This document shows, in pieces, positions 35,626 to 48,193 of a stretch of 64,000 nucleotides of DNA (within the stretch, counting starts at the first letter, position 1; each line of letters starts with the position of its first letter). The stretch comes from Schmidtea nova (lineage: Eukaryota): the NCBI GenBank assembly GCA_044892505.1, contig CM097883.1:151652001-151716000 (forward strand). Direction: 5' to 3'. The notes below the pieces were generated by a model. That model searched no databases, was not told where the DNA came from, and worked only from the letters and a program-made list of their open reading frames with translations. The position numbers were made by a program, and so were the translations under genes.

Positions 35626-36169
35626 TTTCGAAGACTAGATTAAAAAGATATTGAAGATTTTGTTACGATAATAGTTAGTTAAATTTTCTTGAAGAGGACA
35701 TTTATATTGTATTGTAGTTTTTACAAATCTTTATTGGCAGAAAAATGAGAATTGTAAAGAGGAATAAATATGGAAAAATTAATAATGGAAGCGAATTAAA
35801 GCTTTGTGGGATTGTATTTATTTATGAGCTGGTGGAATTTAATTTTGAAAAGCTTGATTTACTGAACATCCTTATGAAAACAGGCATTAAGGTTTAAGGG
35901 TAAAATTATAAATTCTGAATAATATTTTATAAAATTTTATTAATGTTTGTTGAAAAAAAATAAGAAAGGAGTATTTCAAAAGGAAATATTGACAGAAATT
36001 TGTAAATGCATCTTATTGAGTTCAACATGAAAGACAATGAAAAGTTAAGTTATTATAAGAAATAACACATCTGAAATGGAACTGAAATTATTTCAAAGAA
36101 ATTTGAATATGATTAAAATATTAGAACTCAATATGATAATAAAAATGAAAAAGTTAATTCATTCTACAA

Positions 36170-36354
36170 CAGCGGTTCCCAACCTTGGGGTCGCGTGACA
36201 GTTTGCCAGTGGTCGGTAAAACATAATTATCATAATATTTGGCTGCAAAAATGCTGTAACTGAAGTGCAACCCTATTGATTTTTTTGTTTGGGTTGCCAC
36301 AAATTGGAAAATGTTATCTTGGGGTCACAGCACCAGAAAGGTTGGGAACCGCTG
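36170..36354. mobile_element. hAT-type MITE (185 bp)
   Basis: TIR CAGCGGTTCCCAACCTT; exact 8-bp TSD TTCTACAA. Confidence 0.92.
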
Positions 36355-36635
36355 TTCTACAATGATGATAATTCCGAGAAAGTTGTTATGTTGACTTTAT
36401 ATTATTATTATATATATCATAGGTTCACATCCTTTTTGGCAAATCACCCCTTTTTTGAAAAACAAATTACTCACTATCCCCCTACCTGACACCCGTTCTT
36501 GAAATCAATAATATAACCCATAGTTTTCCAACTTTGTTTAGTCAGCTGACTTTTTAAAATAGTTATTTGATGGCGCCCCTCTTAGGTGAAGTATACTGTA
36601 TTAGATATTGAAAAACCAAGACAAAATTTAAAAAG

Positions 36636-37116
36636 GCTTACTATTTAATGATCAGTAAAAAAGTTTAAATGTTCAGTATATAGAAATCAGTAAAGTTCAG
36701 TTAGCAACGCACGTTTAGCCTTTGCTGGTCTACCCCGGTTTAATTTTTTCACTAATTGGAACAATTTTGATTGCAGTTTGAACTTTGCCTAAAGCTATTT
36801 GTTTTGCACGATATCTTCTCCGACAATTTTTCTGCATCTTTTGCATTGTGAAATGTTGCTACTTTTATCCAGGTCTTCTGACAACCTCCATTTTTTAAAT
36901 GGAGCTAGCTGCTGTTGTTAAGCTTTCATCTTCATCGCTAGCATATTCCTCTAATCGAGACATCGCCATTTTTCGTAATGTTTTTTTTAAAATTAAATAA
37001 TTTTTTAAGTGAAGTTGAATGGAAGAATTTACTTATAATTAAATTAAATTACTTATTTTTAATAGTTTAGATTACTGATCATTTAAACTTTTTTACTGAT
37101 CACTTAAATTCACGCC
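36636..37116 (-). mobile_element. Mutator-like non-autonomous element with a transposase C-terminal remnant
   Basis: GGC...GCC termini with ~45-bp TIRs, identical 9-bp flanks TTTTAAAAA, and internal KIVPISEKLNRGRPAKAKRALL. Confidence 0.7.
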
Positions 37117-37530
37117 TTTTAAAAAATAATATTAAAAATATAAACAATATTTGTTAAACAATATAGTTTGATTATAAAAAATAATTAATATAATATTATT
37201 AGTGAAGTGCTGAGCTTGGTGTATTGACACTAATGTTTTGATATTTGTTGCAATATTTGTCAACGGCAATACTAACCCTTTAGATGTGAGATGCGGACAA
37301 ATTCGAATCACCTTGCACAGCTCTCAAGTGTGATATGGTGATTCATCCCACGGTCTACAAAAAACGCGGTTCTCGAGTGCAAGGTGCGATTCTATTGTAT
37401 AGAATAGCTATAAAAAATCACAATAATATCTTAAATTTTTTTTGACAGATAATTCAAACATTTCCTGACTTTTTATGAAATTAAATTCCGCACTTAAAGG
37501 GTTAAACTATTGACAATCTGTTTCTTTACT

Positions 37531-37962
37531 TTTAATATTTTAAATTTTATATATATATATATATATTCTAATAATTCATATTTTTATTAATTAATGCAAA
37601 AGACATTTCTTAGTGCATGAAAATTGATTTAAATGGAGATGATGTTTTAAATAAAAGTCAATATATGTAATATTTTGGGCGGTCTTACAGGTGGGACGAA
37701 AATAATAAAATTTGACTTGATTATTTAAATATCGATAACATTGCCCCATTATTTCATGACAATGGTTGTAAACATGAAATAATGGGCAATATTACCAATA
37801 TTTAAATAACCAAGTTAACTTTTATTATTTTCGTCCCACCTGTAAGACCACCCAAAGTATATTATATATTGACTTTTATTTCTAACATCTTCTCCATTTA
37901 AATCAATTCTCATGCACTAAGAAAAGTCTTTTGCAATAATTAATAAAAATATGAATTATTAG

Positions 37963-38003
<41 letters not shown>

Positions 38004-38015
38004 TAAAATATTAAA
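37531..38015. mobile_element. Foldback element / MITE (~230-bp inverted arms, 14-nt loop)
   Basis: Arms 37531-37758 and 37773-38015 are diverged reverse complements, each with a subterminal (TA)n tract. Confidence 0.85.
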
Positions 38016-39970
38016 GAAATTTGTTTAAATTATTTCTTTATGCAGACTAAAATTTATTTAAATTATTACAAATGATTTACAAAAATTTAGTTATTATTAA
38101 ATAGATTATTAAAATTTAATCAAATTAATTAAAATTATTCAATACTTACATTGATCATGCATCAACACATCAGGTATAACTCCATCATTCATAAAATTTT
38201 CATTATAAAGAGGCTTAGTTTGAACGTAAGTTTGCTCATTTATATTTGCATCATCTAAATTAATATCTAAATAAATCAATAACTTAAAATAGTTTACCAA
38301 TTGTATTCTCAGTTACATCTATATAATTCAAAGAGATAAAAATATTCTTACTTATATTTACTAAATTAATATATAATAAAGAAAATAAAAAAACACCATT
38401 TTCTTCGTCATTTGGTTCTTCATTCATAAAACTAAGTTTCATGGAGCTCATTTTGATAGTTTGGCACTGTTAAAAGTGAATAATGAACCTTTCTAGTAGG
38501 ACCTTTAGTAGCAGAACCTCCTTTGTGATGGTTTTTATCTCCCAAAGCTTCCTCCTGTATTTTCACTCATAAACTATTATTGTTACATTTTCATAAATTT
38601 TATCCAATAGCAGAACATTTAATCGCATAACCTCTTTTGTGATGTTTTTTTGGCTTAAAGCTTATTATTCATACATATTTATTACTGTTACAATCATTTT
38701 TCATTAGCATAACTCATTATGAACTTCGATTAATTGTTTTATTACAATGTTTCAATTTTAACAAATACAAATTGTGATAGGTTTGAAAGTTTCTTATTTG
38801 AACATAAATTTAACAATATTTACATACACTTTCATAATATTTCAATGATAATTTTTGACGAGTGTGATGATTTTCTATATTTTTGATATTTTGTGTGTAT
38901 TTTTGATGATTTTTGATGTATTTTCTATGTTACCGCACTAATGTATGATGACATTTTCTGATGAGATTTCATATGTGATGATATTTTTATATATTTTTAA
39001 TATTTTATGTCGGTTTTATGCATTATAGTATGATGAGATTTCGTATGTAATGAATTTTTATGCGTGTTTTACAATATAGCGTGATGATATTTTCTGTGTA
39101 TCATAAATTTCTATGTTTTAAATGTATGTTTGTACTATAGTATAAGAATATTTTGTGTGTGTATGTTTGTACTATATTGTAAAAAATATTTTGTGTGTAA
39201 TGATTTCTAGTTTAGTTTTCATGTATTTTTACCCGCCCAGTCTAATGTGATGATAATCAATGATTTTGGTCATGTATTTATCAGTTACAGAACCTTGGCA
39301 GCAGCACTTTTGGTAACAGAACTTTAATAACATAACCTTGGTAGCAGAACATTAGGTAACAGAACCCTTTTTGTGATGGTTTTGAACTTAAAGGCTTTCC
39401 ATTCGAACATAGTTTTAATAACAAATATACTGTTTTTTAGCAAAAATTGACAATGTTGTAATAGAAAATGATATTATAAACCTTTGGTAACAGAACCTTG
39501 ATAAAAGAAAATTTGGTAACAGAACCCCTTTAATGATGGTTTTTGAGCTTAAAAGCTTATTTTCAAACTTATGTATGATTGCATGAATTTCACTATATTT
39601 GATAATGACCATGATAATAATGCTACTCTGCTAGAAATTGTTAAGTAACCCAGAAAACAATCATTTTAGCACTTATCAAAAAAGACTCTGATTTACGTCA
39701 ACAAATGTAATTCGTTTAAATGACTATCAAAGTTAATGAGTACCAGAACCCTAATAGCAAAACCTTTAGAAACAGACGGTTTTTTGGCTTAAATACATTC
39801 ATTCGATATTTTATCAAATTATATCTAGTAATTAAATATTTATAAATAATGAGTATATATACCGTTTGTTTTTCATTTAATTTTAGAATGTCAAATTTAA
39901 CACCAAATGGTATATTTTGATTATTTTGATTTTAAAATTTTATTATCCAAGATGAGTGAGCTATATGAAT

Positions 39971-40984
39971 TGTTGGGTTCTGGAATGTTGATTAAATGGT
40001 AAAATTTACCAATCAAATATCTGACTCTAAAGCGTGCCTTTTAATTGACCACAATAACAATTAACACTGGAAACTTTATTGAATATCACAAATATTTGCT
40101 TTACACTGAATTGACCAAAATCAACAGACCAACAACTGATTATACGGTGCTTATTATGACACGATGGTGAAGAATAGCACCTTTGTATAATCTTGGTTCG
40201 AACAATTACTCACCACTGAGGGATACAACAATTGGGAATTTTACTGGTTGCTTTTTTGTTTGACTTGGGTTTATGCTGAACTTCACTCGATTATTAACTG
40301 GATCAGCTCCTGTTGCTTATCTCTTTGTTTCTCTGTCTCTGTCTCTTCTCAACTCTTCTTTAAGTTTCTTTTAAATTTTGCTTTGGTTTTCTTTACAATT
40401 CTATTCGCTTCTAATTCAACTAATTCTTCTTTTTTCTATCTCCCACAACTTCTGTTTAATTCTGCTCTCTAAAATTCTGCTAAAATATTCTCTATAAAAT
40501 CCTGCTCTCCAAAGTTCTACTGCTTCTGCTGTGCCTCTCCTTTTATATTTCGTCAAATTTTATGGCACTTGAGATAATTGCTTTTTTCTATTTTGATTCC
40601 CGGACATCTTGTAATTTTCTCCCAATTGCCATTTTATCTATGACAGCTGTCTAGATAATTTCAGATTTTCTTTTTTCTTTTTAGACCGACTTCTATCCAC
40701 ACTTTTGTTATCTGACAAGCTGTCAGATTTTTTCCTTCTTACTTGTTTTTGTTTTCGTTTTGCAAATTCCTTTCACGTTTCTGTTCTTATTAATAAGGAA
40801 TGACCTTTGTTTTTGTTTTCTTGTTTGATCTCTTTTGTCTGTTTCCAAACTTCTCATTTTCCACGTTTTGATTGTGTCTTTTTCTTCTCCGGACTCCAAA
40901 AGATCCCATTATTTATCTAATAAATTTTTCCCCTGGGTAATTTCATTGACTATATTTTATTTTGTATTTTAGGTATCCTCGCCT
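39971..40984 (-). repeat. 3' LTR of a Gypsy-like element related to the 11411-12437 LTR
   Basis: Shares GAGGATACCTAAA near its start and AAAAGGCACGCTT...AGTCAGATATTTGATTGGTAA...CCAGAACCCAACA at its end. Purine-rich tract upstream; no PBS downstream. Confidence 0.8.
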
Positions 40985-43300
40985 TTCTCGTCGTCTCTTT
41001 GCTCCTAAGCGATTTCGACGCTTGGTTCGTTTTGAGCCCTCCGGTTGCGACACAATTTCTGGTGTACTCGTCGTGTAACTTGATTCCATGTCGGTTTGTA
41101 TACTCATTGACGTTTTGGTAGTTTTTACCCAGCGATTGAAGGTGCTGGCTCTGATGAGGGGTCGCAATTGTTGCGTGATAAAATCTTTAGTGGAGACCCT
41201 CATATAATTGTTCAGCTCTAGCTTTACCATGGCAGTCTCTCGCGTTTGTTCGTCAGCGATCTGTTGGCTCTGTATCTCGCTTGTTAGATCAATTTCACGC
41301 GCTCTGGATGAAACCATGTAGTTTTTACCCTTTGGTATTCATCATTCAGTTGGTGAAGCCTACTTTCTAGAACTTTGATTCGGGACTTGTGTTCTTTAGC
41401 TTCCCTTTTATAATTACGATTGATATTGTCGTTCATCTAAAAATGAAGGTATACAAATTAATCGGAACTATGGTTCATTTATGGGCCTATATTTCCCTCT
41501 GTCCCTTGGATGTTACGGTATTGACGTTCATACTATCAGTATCGCCCTTTTCCCTTATCATGCTGACATTTATTTATAAACTCACACCATACCCGCATCA
41601 TTCATGTCTAGACTCGAACAAACAAAATCTTTTAACCCAAAGTTTTATTCATTTCAAATACAGGATGAGGAAGGTTTCAGTTAGCTGATGCCTCCTCAGA
41701 AATACTCTCGCAGGGCTTGGTCGAATCTGCTGTCCAATCTCCCTTTCCCGTCCGAATGATAAATTTCCGGGCACGGGTCCCAACATAGTCGATCCTTGTA
41801 TGTAAAGACTTCCCACAGTCTTGCATCTCCTGGTTCCGCTTTCTGCTCCAAGGTAACGCTTCCGGGCGCATGGAAATAGGGTTGGATTTCCCCAGTGTAG
41901 CTACACCGAGGCCGATCCATGAGAATGTAGCTGAGTTTGTGGAAATCCAAGCCCGTCATTGCGTCGTTGCTGAGTATCCATCGAGGTTAGTTTTTGGAGT
42001 CGATTAATTGGATGAACCACTGGATGGGGTTCTTGAGTGGACGGTTAAGTACTACCGGCCAGTTTGGGTCTACTTCCCATCTAAGTTGTGCATTGAAGGA
42101 ACAAGACGGCGATCTCGATGCCGCATCGGTATATCTGCACACCCATACTCGAAGGTGTCTTCGCGCTTGGTTCCTGATGGAAATGGGGGCCTCCTCTGCA
42201 TTTCGCATTTCCAGTTTTGGGGTTCTTGGGTATCGCATTCGAGTCGTTCTCCTGTCGTTCATCTACAATTTGAGTAGTTATTAATTCGCTATATGGTAAG
42301 GAAAAGCTTTCGCCAGTTTACCCTCCATCCATTCCGCACTTGTCAATCATTGTACCGTACACTGGGTATTGCTCTCGATTCTTGGTTATTCTCTGTCATT
42401 GTGATTTACTATTGCCGGTGACGACTAATTTGCTTAAATTATGTTTGCTTGCCATGAGCCTACCTTGGCTTACTATCCAACAGTGTAGGTTCATCGTTCT
42501 CCTGTCGTTCATCTACAATTTGAGTAGTTATTAATTCGCTACATGGTAAGGAAAAGCTTTCGCCAGTTTACCCTCCATCCATTCCGCACTTGTCTATCAT
42601 TGTACCGTACACTGGGTATTGCTCTCGATTCTTGGTTATTCTCTGTCATTGTGATTTACTATTGCCGGTGACGACTAATTTGCTTAAATTATGTTTGCTT
42701 GCCATGAGCCTACCTTGGCTTACTATCCAACAGTGTAGGTTCATCTATCATTGTCATATATTACATTTGTTACTGATCTTCTACTTTTATGTGTGCTATG
42801 CACCGTCGACTACACCAATATACTGATCAGCTCACTTAACCGTGTATGATTCGTTTTATGTCATTTAAAATTTTTTTATCTATTTATTTTTGTACTACCA
42901 ATTCAAACATCATTCATCCACTTTGCCAGCACAACACGCATTATGATGACCCTGTATTGACATGCATTAATACACTACGTCCATTCATCCGGGTGATCAC
43001 TGTCATTCTGCACATCACTCACTTTCGACAAACAATGATCACAACAACTCTTGGCGATTATGTTCGGGAATTCATTTGACATCGGGTTCTCCATGTGTAT
43101 AATCATGCGGTTTCGTCAACCTTATTCTATTTGCAAAGCTCTTTAGTCTCCGCACCTCCGATATCGACCGTATGTCATCAATCAAATCTACACTCTCTGT
43201 TATGTATATTAATTTACGGTTTCGATACCCCATGTGCACCCATCTTCCTTTCAAAACCAATTTAGTAAACCTAGGGTCTCGCCGCATCAGCACCTCACAT
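40985..43300 (-). pseudogene. Degenerate coding region upstream of the 3' LTR (extra ORF or pol tail), unidentified
   Basis: GC-elevated series of minus-strand ORF fragments (43072-43359, 41987-42262, 41696-41959, 40943-41317) leading into the LTR; no RT or integrase motifs recognised. Confidence 0.4.
42244..42745. repeat. Tandem duplication, 250-bp unit x2
   Basis: 42244-42495 is nearly identical to 42494-42745; identical ORF starts at 42340 and 42590. Confidence 0.92.
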
Positions 43301-44047
43301 GAAAATGTGTTGTGCCGAGAGGCCGAGAATCCCGTCAGATCATTAGATCTTCGGGACAAACCTTATAGATTTTATCATTATGAGGGTTTATAATAATAAC
43401 ACAAGAATATAATCGTACCTTTTATTTCGATTCCAATTCGTGATTACAAGGTTTCACAAAATTACACTTGTCGCAAGTATGTTATCAGTTCGCAACTGAA
43501 AATGACACTTGGAAAAAAAGACTGACTTTGGCTGCTGCTTATATACTAATTTGTGTTGCCGGCCAGCCAATCAGAATCCAGCGTTCATGCAGATATTGTG
43601 TGCATTTTATTTTTAATGTTTTTCTTGGTGTACCTAATTCGATAAGTTGTTGTTTAATCATAATCGCCGCATCAGCACCTCACATGAAAATGTGTTGTGC
43701 CGAGAGGCCGAGAATCCCGTCAGATCATTAGATCTTCGGGACAAACCTTATAGATTTTATCATTATGAGGGTTTATAATAATAACACAAGAATATAATCG
43801 TACCTTTTATTTCGATTCCAATTCGTGATTACAAGGTTTCACAAAATTACACTTGTCGCAAGTATGTTATCAGTTCGCAACTGAAAATGACACTTGGAAA
43901 AAAAGACTGACTTTGGCTGCTGCTTATATACTAATTTGTGTTGCCGGCCAGCCAATCAGAATCCAGCGTTCATGCAGATATTGTGTGCATTTTATTTTTA
44001 ATGTTTTTCTTGGTGTACCTAATTCGATAAGTTGTTGTTTAATCATA
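43279..44047. repeat. Tandem duplication, 385-bp unit x2
   Basis: 43279-43663 repeated at 43664-44047; identical ORF starts at 43468 and 43853. Confidence 0.92.
43515..43571 (-). promoter_or_regulatory. Candidate Pol II core promoter (CCAAT element, TATATAAG, TCAGT initiator); duplicated at +385
   Basis: Minus strand GATTGG...TATATAAG...TCAGT; TATA-to-Inr spacing (~22 nt) is slightly short. Confidence 0.35.
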
Positions 44048-44281
44048 CGTGAATCTTTTGTTAATATTTGTTTTATTGTAGATTCTCGGTGATATCTGCC
44101 CACGCCTTGTCAAATTTTCAAGTTATTGGTATTCCGCATGGGTGAGTTTCTATTGTTATTGTCTATTTTTATTCATGCTTCATTACTTTCAGATTCTGTT
44201 GCACATTGCTGAATACTTAGTGATTAGTAATTTATTTTGTTGTCGTTTTTATGTTATTTATTATATTGATTTATTTTTCTT

Positions 44282-44932
44282 TTAGGTTATTGCTGATTTG
44301 CCTGGCCCAACAAATAATTCGCCTGTCATACTGTCGAAAGTATCATTGATAATCTTGAAATCATCCAAAGAAGCATGGGATCGACCAAATGTGTAGGCAT
44401 TTCCTTTGACATTAGTAAGAGTATCGAAATGATCAATTTCAGCAAAAAAGTCTTGATGAACCAATGGTTGACAAGCAGGATATTCAAATCGTCGACGCGA
44501 ATAAAATATCTGGTATTCGTGAAACCCTAAAAATTTGCCGAATTCCAAAATCGATTTCAAAGCATTTAATAGAAATGTTGTGCCGCAAATTTTTGGGATT
44601 ATTCTCCTTTGCGATACGAACAAACTGCTTTCACTCAACACATAAGAATCCATATGATCATCGGACATTTGTGAAATGATCTGGCAATCGACTTTGTCAA
44701 GTATTTCAACGACGGAGCTTTTAGGAATGGATCGCAAATCGCACTCATTGTCGTCAGAATTAAACCATATTTCTAATAACTTTTCACTGCCTTCAAAGAA
44801 ATATTCCTGTGGAATATGATTGGTTTGATTTTCAAAATCTTTCATAGTTTGGAAATGAATACAACTTAAAAAACCAAATTCAAAACAATGTTTTCCAGAT
44901 AAATCCATTCGAAACTCCCACAAAGAATTCAA
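44282..44932 (-). pseudogene. AMD1: S-adenosylmethionine decarboxylase proenzyme, N-terminal ~half; 3' end replaced by unrelated sequence
   Basis: FFEGSEKLLEIWF, YVLSESSLFVS (pyruvoyl self-cleavage site), KICGTT, FYSRRRF.YP..QP..H. Homology ends at NAYTFGR. Confidence 0.85.
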
Positions 44933-45260
44933 ATAAAGCCAAATTTAAATAGTTCCCCAAAAATTCCGAAAACAATAGCTCGAATAAACAACTCAAAATA
45001 ATAAATAAATTCCAGAATTAAATTCAATGAAATCCAATTATTATACTGCACACACGGACGCGAAAGACGACTCTCAGCAGTGCGCGCACATACGCGTAAT
45101 AACACGAGTAATCTAAACCTTGTGTTATCTCAAAAATCACCCGTGCACACAGACGCGATACAAAAACTTCAACATGAAATGCGAACGCAGACGCATACAA
45201 AAAACACAAATCCAAAACGCGCATACAGACGCGAATAAATAGCCAAAGTTTGCTACAAGC

Positions 45261-48193
45261 TAGTGTTGGGAATACTGGGATCCCGGTATTTGGAACAATA
45301 TATAGTTGCCGAAATACCGGTATTGAAAAAGTCGAATACCGGTATTTCGGTATTCGAAATAAGTTCACCATTCGAAATAATTTCACCAATATAATGTTTT
45401 TTATGGTTTTTTACTACAAAAAAATATTTGCATTATTATTTCTTAATGCGAAAAAACAGCAATCTAGTATTATATGAAAAGTTTAAAAGTTCAATTGTTT
45501 AAAAATATTCGTATTATTGTTTCTTAATGCGAAGAAACAGCAATCTAGTATTATATGAAAAGTTTAAAAGTTCAATTGTTTAAAAATATTCGTATTATTG
45601 TTTCTTAATGCAAAGAAACAGCAATCTAGTATTATATGAAAAATTTAAAAGTTTAGTTGTTCTTATAAATCGAAACAAAATCTATATTATAGATTATTTT
45701 TACGTACTACTATAATAGTTAAATTAAAATATTATTATATAAAATTCGAAACGGTAAGTAAAATATTTTCTTTTTAATCAGAATATGAATTATACATTTT
45801 ATTATCGTGTTTCGAACTTTTAGAAAATTTGTACTTTACACCGATATGAATATTCAAGATTTTGAGGAGCATTCCAAAGCAAATGATAAAAATTCACCAT
45901 GGTTTCATTTTCTAAGAGAAAAAGCAGGACAGTGTGCTAAATGCAAATGGTGTAAGAGAATAATAAAAACACATGGAGGTTCTACAAGCGGTCTTCATAC
46001 CCATTTAAAAACAATTCATGAAATCAATTTATTGAAAAGAGATGTAGGTAGCACCACTGTTTTAGATTCTTCAGAATTTGTACAGAAATCAAAACCTTCT
46101 GTAACTATAAACAACTTTTTTAAAAGTGATAAAATGGATGACTCATTGCCAGCTATTTTAGCTAGGATGACTGCGTGTGATGGTTTATCGTTCAACATTA
46201 TCTGCACTTCATATGATATCAGAAAAGGCTTAACAGCCAGAGGCTTTTCTAACATACCAAAAGATCACAAAACAATTCAAAAAATGGTTTTGAATTACAG
46301 TCGAAATATACGAGATCAAGTAATTAAAGAATTATCGTGCAGAATTGCTAATGGAAACAGATTTTCTCTTACTTTCGATGAATGGACATCGGTAAGAAAT
46401 AGACGTTACATAAATATTAATGTCCACTCTGACAAAGAATTTTGGAATCTAGGATTGATTCGTGCTTTTGGAACAATTCCAGCAGAAAAATGTGTTGAGC
46501 TTGTGAATGATAGGTTAGGTGATTTCGAGCTTTCGATGAACAATATTGTAGGTATTACCACTGATGGCGCTGCAGTTATGACAAAGGTTGGCAGGTTAAT
46601 TGAAGCACATCAGCAGCTATGTTTAGCGCATGGAATTCAGTTGGCTGTTATCAGCGTACTCTACAAAAAACCTATTAATGAGGCTAGTCTGCATAATGAA
46701 GAAGATGCCAACGTTACATCTGTTCCCACACCCAGATTTGAAAGACAGCAGAATTCCACAGATGACGACGAATTAATTGATGAAGATTAGGGAAATGAAA
46801 ATGGTTTACTTATTATATCCACTGAAAATGATGATGATAATTCTTCTTTTCTGGTACATCAGCAAATGTTACCATTAATTAAAAAAGTTCGTAAAGTGGT
46901 AAAAATATTTCGAACTTCGCCTACAAAAAATGACAAAATCCTACAAAAATATATAAAAGAAGAGTTCGGGAAAGAATTGTCTCTGGTTTTAGACTCAAGA
47001 ACACGATGGAATAGTTTAGTGTCTATGATAGAACGTTTCATCAAATTAAAAAATTGCATCAAAAAGAGTCTAATAGATTAAAAATCACCTATTTTGTTTT
47101 CAGATGGCGAGTTTGAAATGTCACATATCCTTTCAGTTTTACTTCCCATTAAGCTTACAGTTGAAGCAATCTGCCGACAGGATGCAACTTGGTTATCTGC
47201 AGATGCTGCTATTCAATTTATGATGAAATCAATAACTGACCATCCATGTTCATTAGGTTATGAATTGAAAGCAGCTTTAAAAGTACGTATTCTTCAAAGA
47301 CGAACAGAAATTTCAAGTGTTTTGCAATATTTACATGATGCAAACTGCAATGAAAATCCAAGCGATGATGAATCCGATAAAGATTATGAATTATTTCCGA
47401 TCATTACCAAAGCTGCAATCGCAAAAGTTATTGTTCTACAGATACAACGTTTGGGTATGCCCAACTTGCATTATGAAGCTGCACCTGTAGCTACAACATC
47501 TACTTCATCCAACGTTTCAAATTCAGATACAAATATATTATTCAATGTCGATGATGATGAAGATGATCAAAGAAATGAAATATCTCTGACTTTACAAGAA
47601 AAGTTGGAGAGGGCAATATCAAAAAAAATTTGCACCAGATTACCTGAAAGTGGAATCGACCAAAACAAAAATGATCTCACACGCTCAATAAAAAAAGAAA
47701 TGTCATTTTTTGAGACAAATGGCATAAGAGGCAAATACTTAACTTTATTATATAATTATTTGCTAAGTATTCAACCGACCAGTGTAGAATCGGAGAGAGC
47801 TTTTTCGGCAGCTGGCTTAATCTGCACCAGAATTCGGTCAAGGTTGAGAGATAATTCGCTCAACAATCTATGTTTTCTCAGGTCTTATATCAACAACCAA
47901 CTACAGAAAAAGTAGAATCTTAAAATTTTATGTCTTCATCCTTTTCTTATAAATAATATATATAACTAACATTTTACTGAATTTTGTTTTTACATTTATC
48001 TAATTTTTATTCTTTAAATAAATAAATTTAGTTTTTTTTAATTGGCAAACAATTTTTTAATTAAATTTATTTATTCATTCGTATTATTATAGGAAAAATA
48101 ATAATACCGGTATTAATACCGGGATCCCGGGATTACAAAAATCCAATACCGAAATACCGGTATTGGATTTTTGGTCCGGTATTCCCAACTCTA
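45261..48193 (+). mobile_element. Full-length hAT transposon (BED finger + DDE + hATC), copy 1
   Basis: TIRs TAGTGTTGGGAATAC / rc TAGAGTTGGGAATAC, exact 8-bp TSD CTACAAGC, subterminal ATACCG motifs, and three 81-bp tandem repeats at ~45430-45670. Confidence 0.95.
45807..47915 (+). pseudogene. hAT transposase with two in-frame stops (46788 TAG, 47079 TAA)
   Basis: BED finger CAKCKWC...L.THL..IH; FSLTFDEWTS; ITTDGAA; CLAH; DSRTRWNS; IQPTSVESERAFSAAG. All three ORFs are in one frame. Confidence 0.92.

Noticed and set aside
11411-40984. The two related LTRs as ends of one giant element
   Set aside because: They are in opposite orientation and clearly diverged, and the first lies wholly within a TSD-bounded hAT.
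1-45000. Endogenous giant virus (NCLDV) suggested by TBP, RRM1, RRM2, SAMDC and A32 ATPase together
   Set aside because: The genes are scattered among host transposons, RRM1/CBWD/AMD1 look host-like and fragmentary, the ATPase and capsids are Polinton-type, and no NCLDV polymerase, RNA polymerase or capsid was seen.
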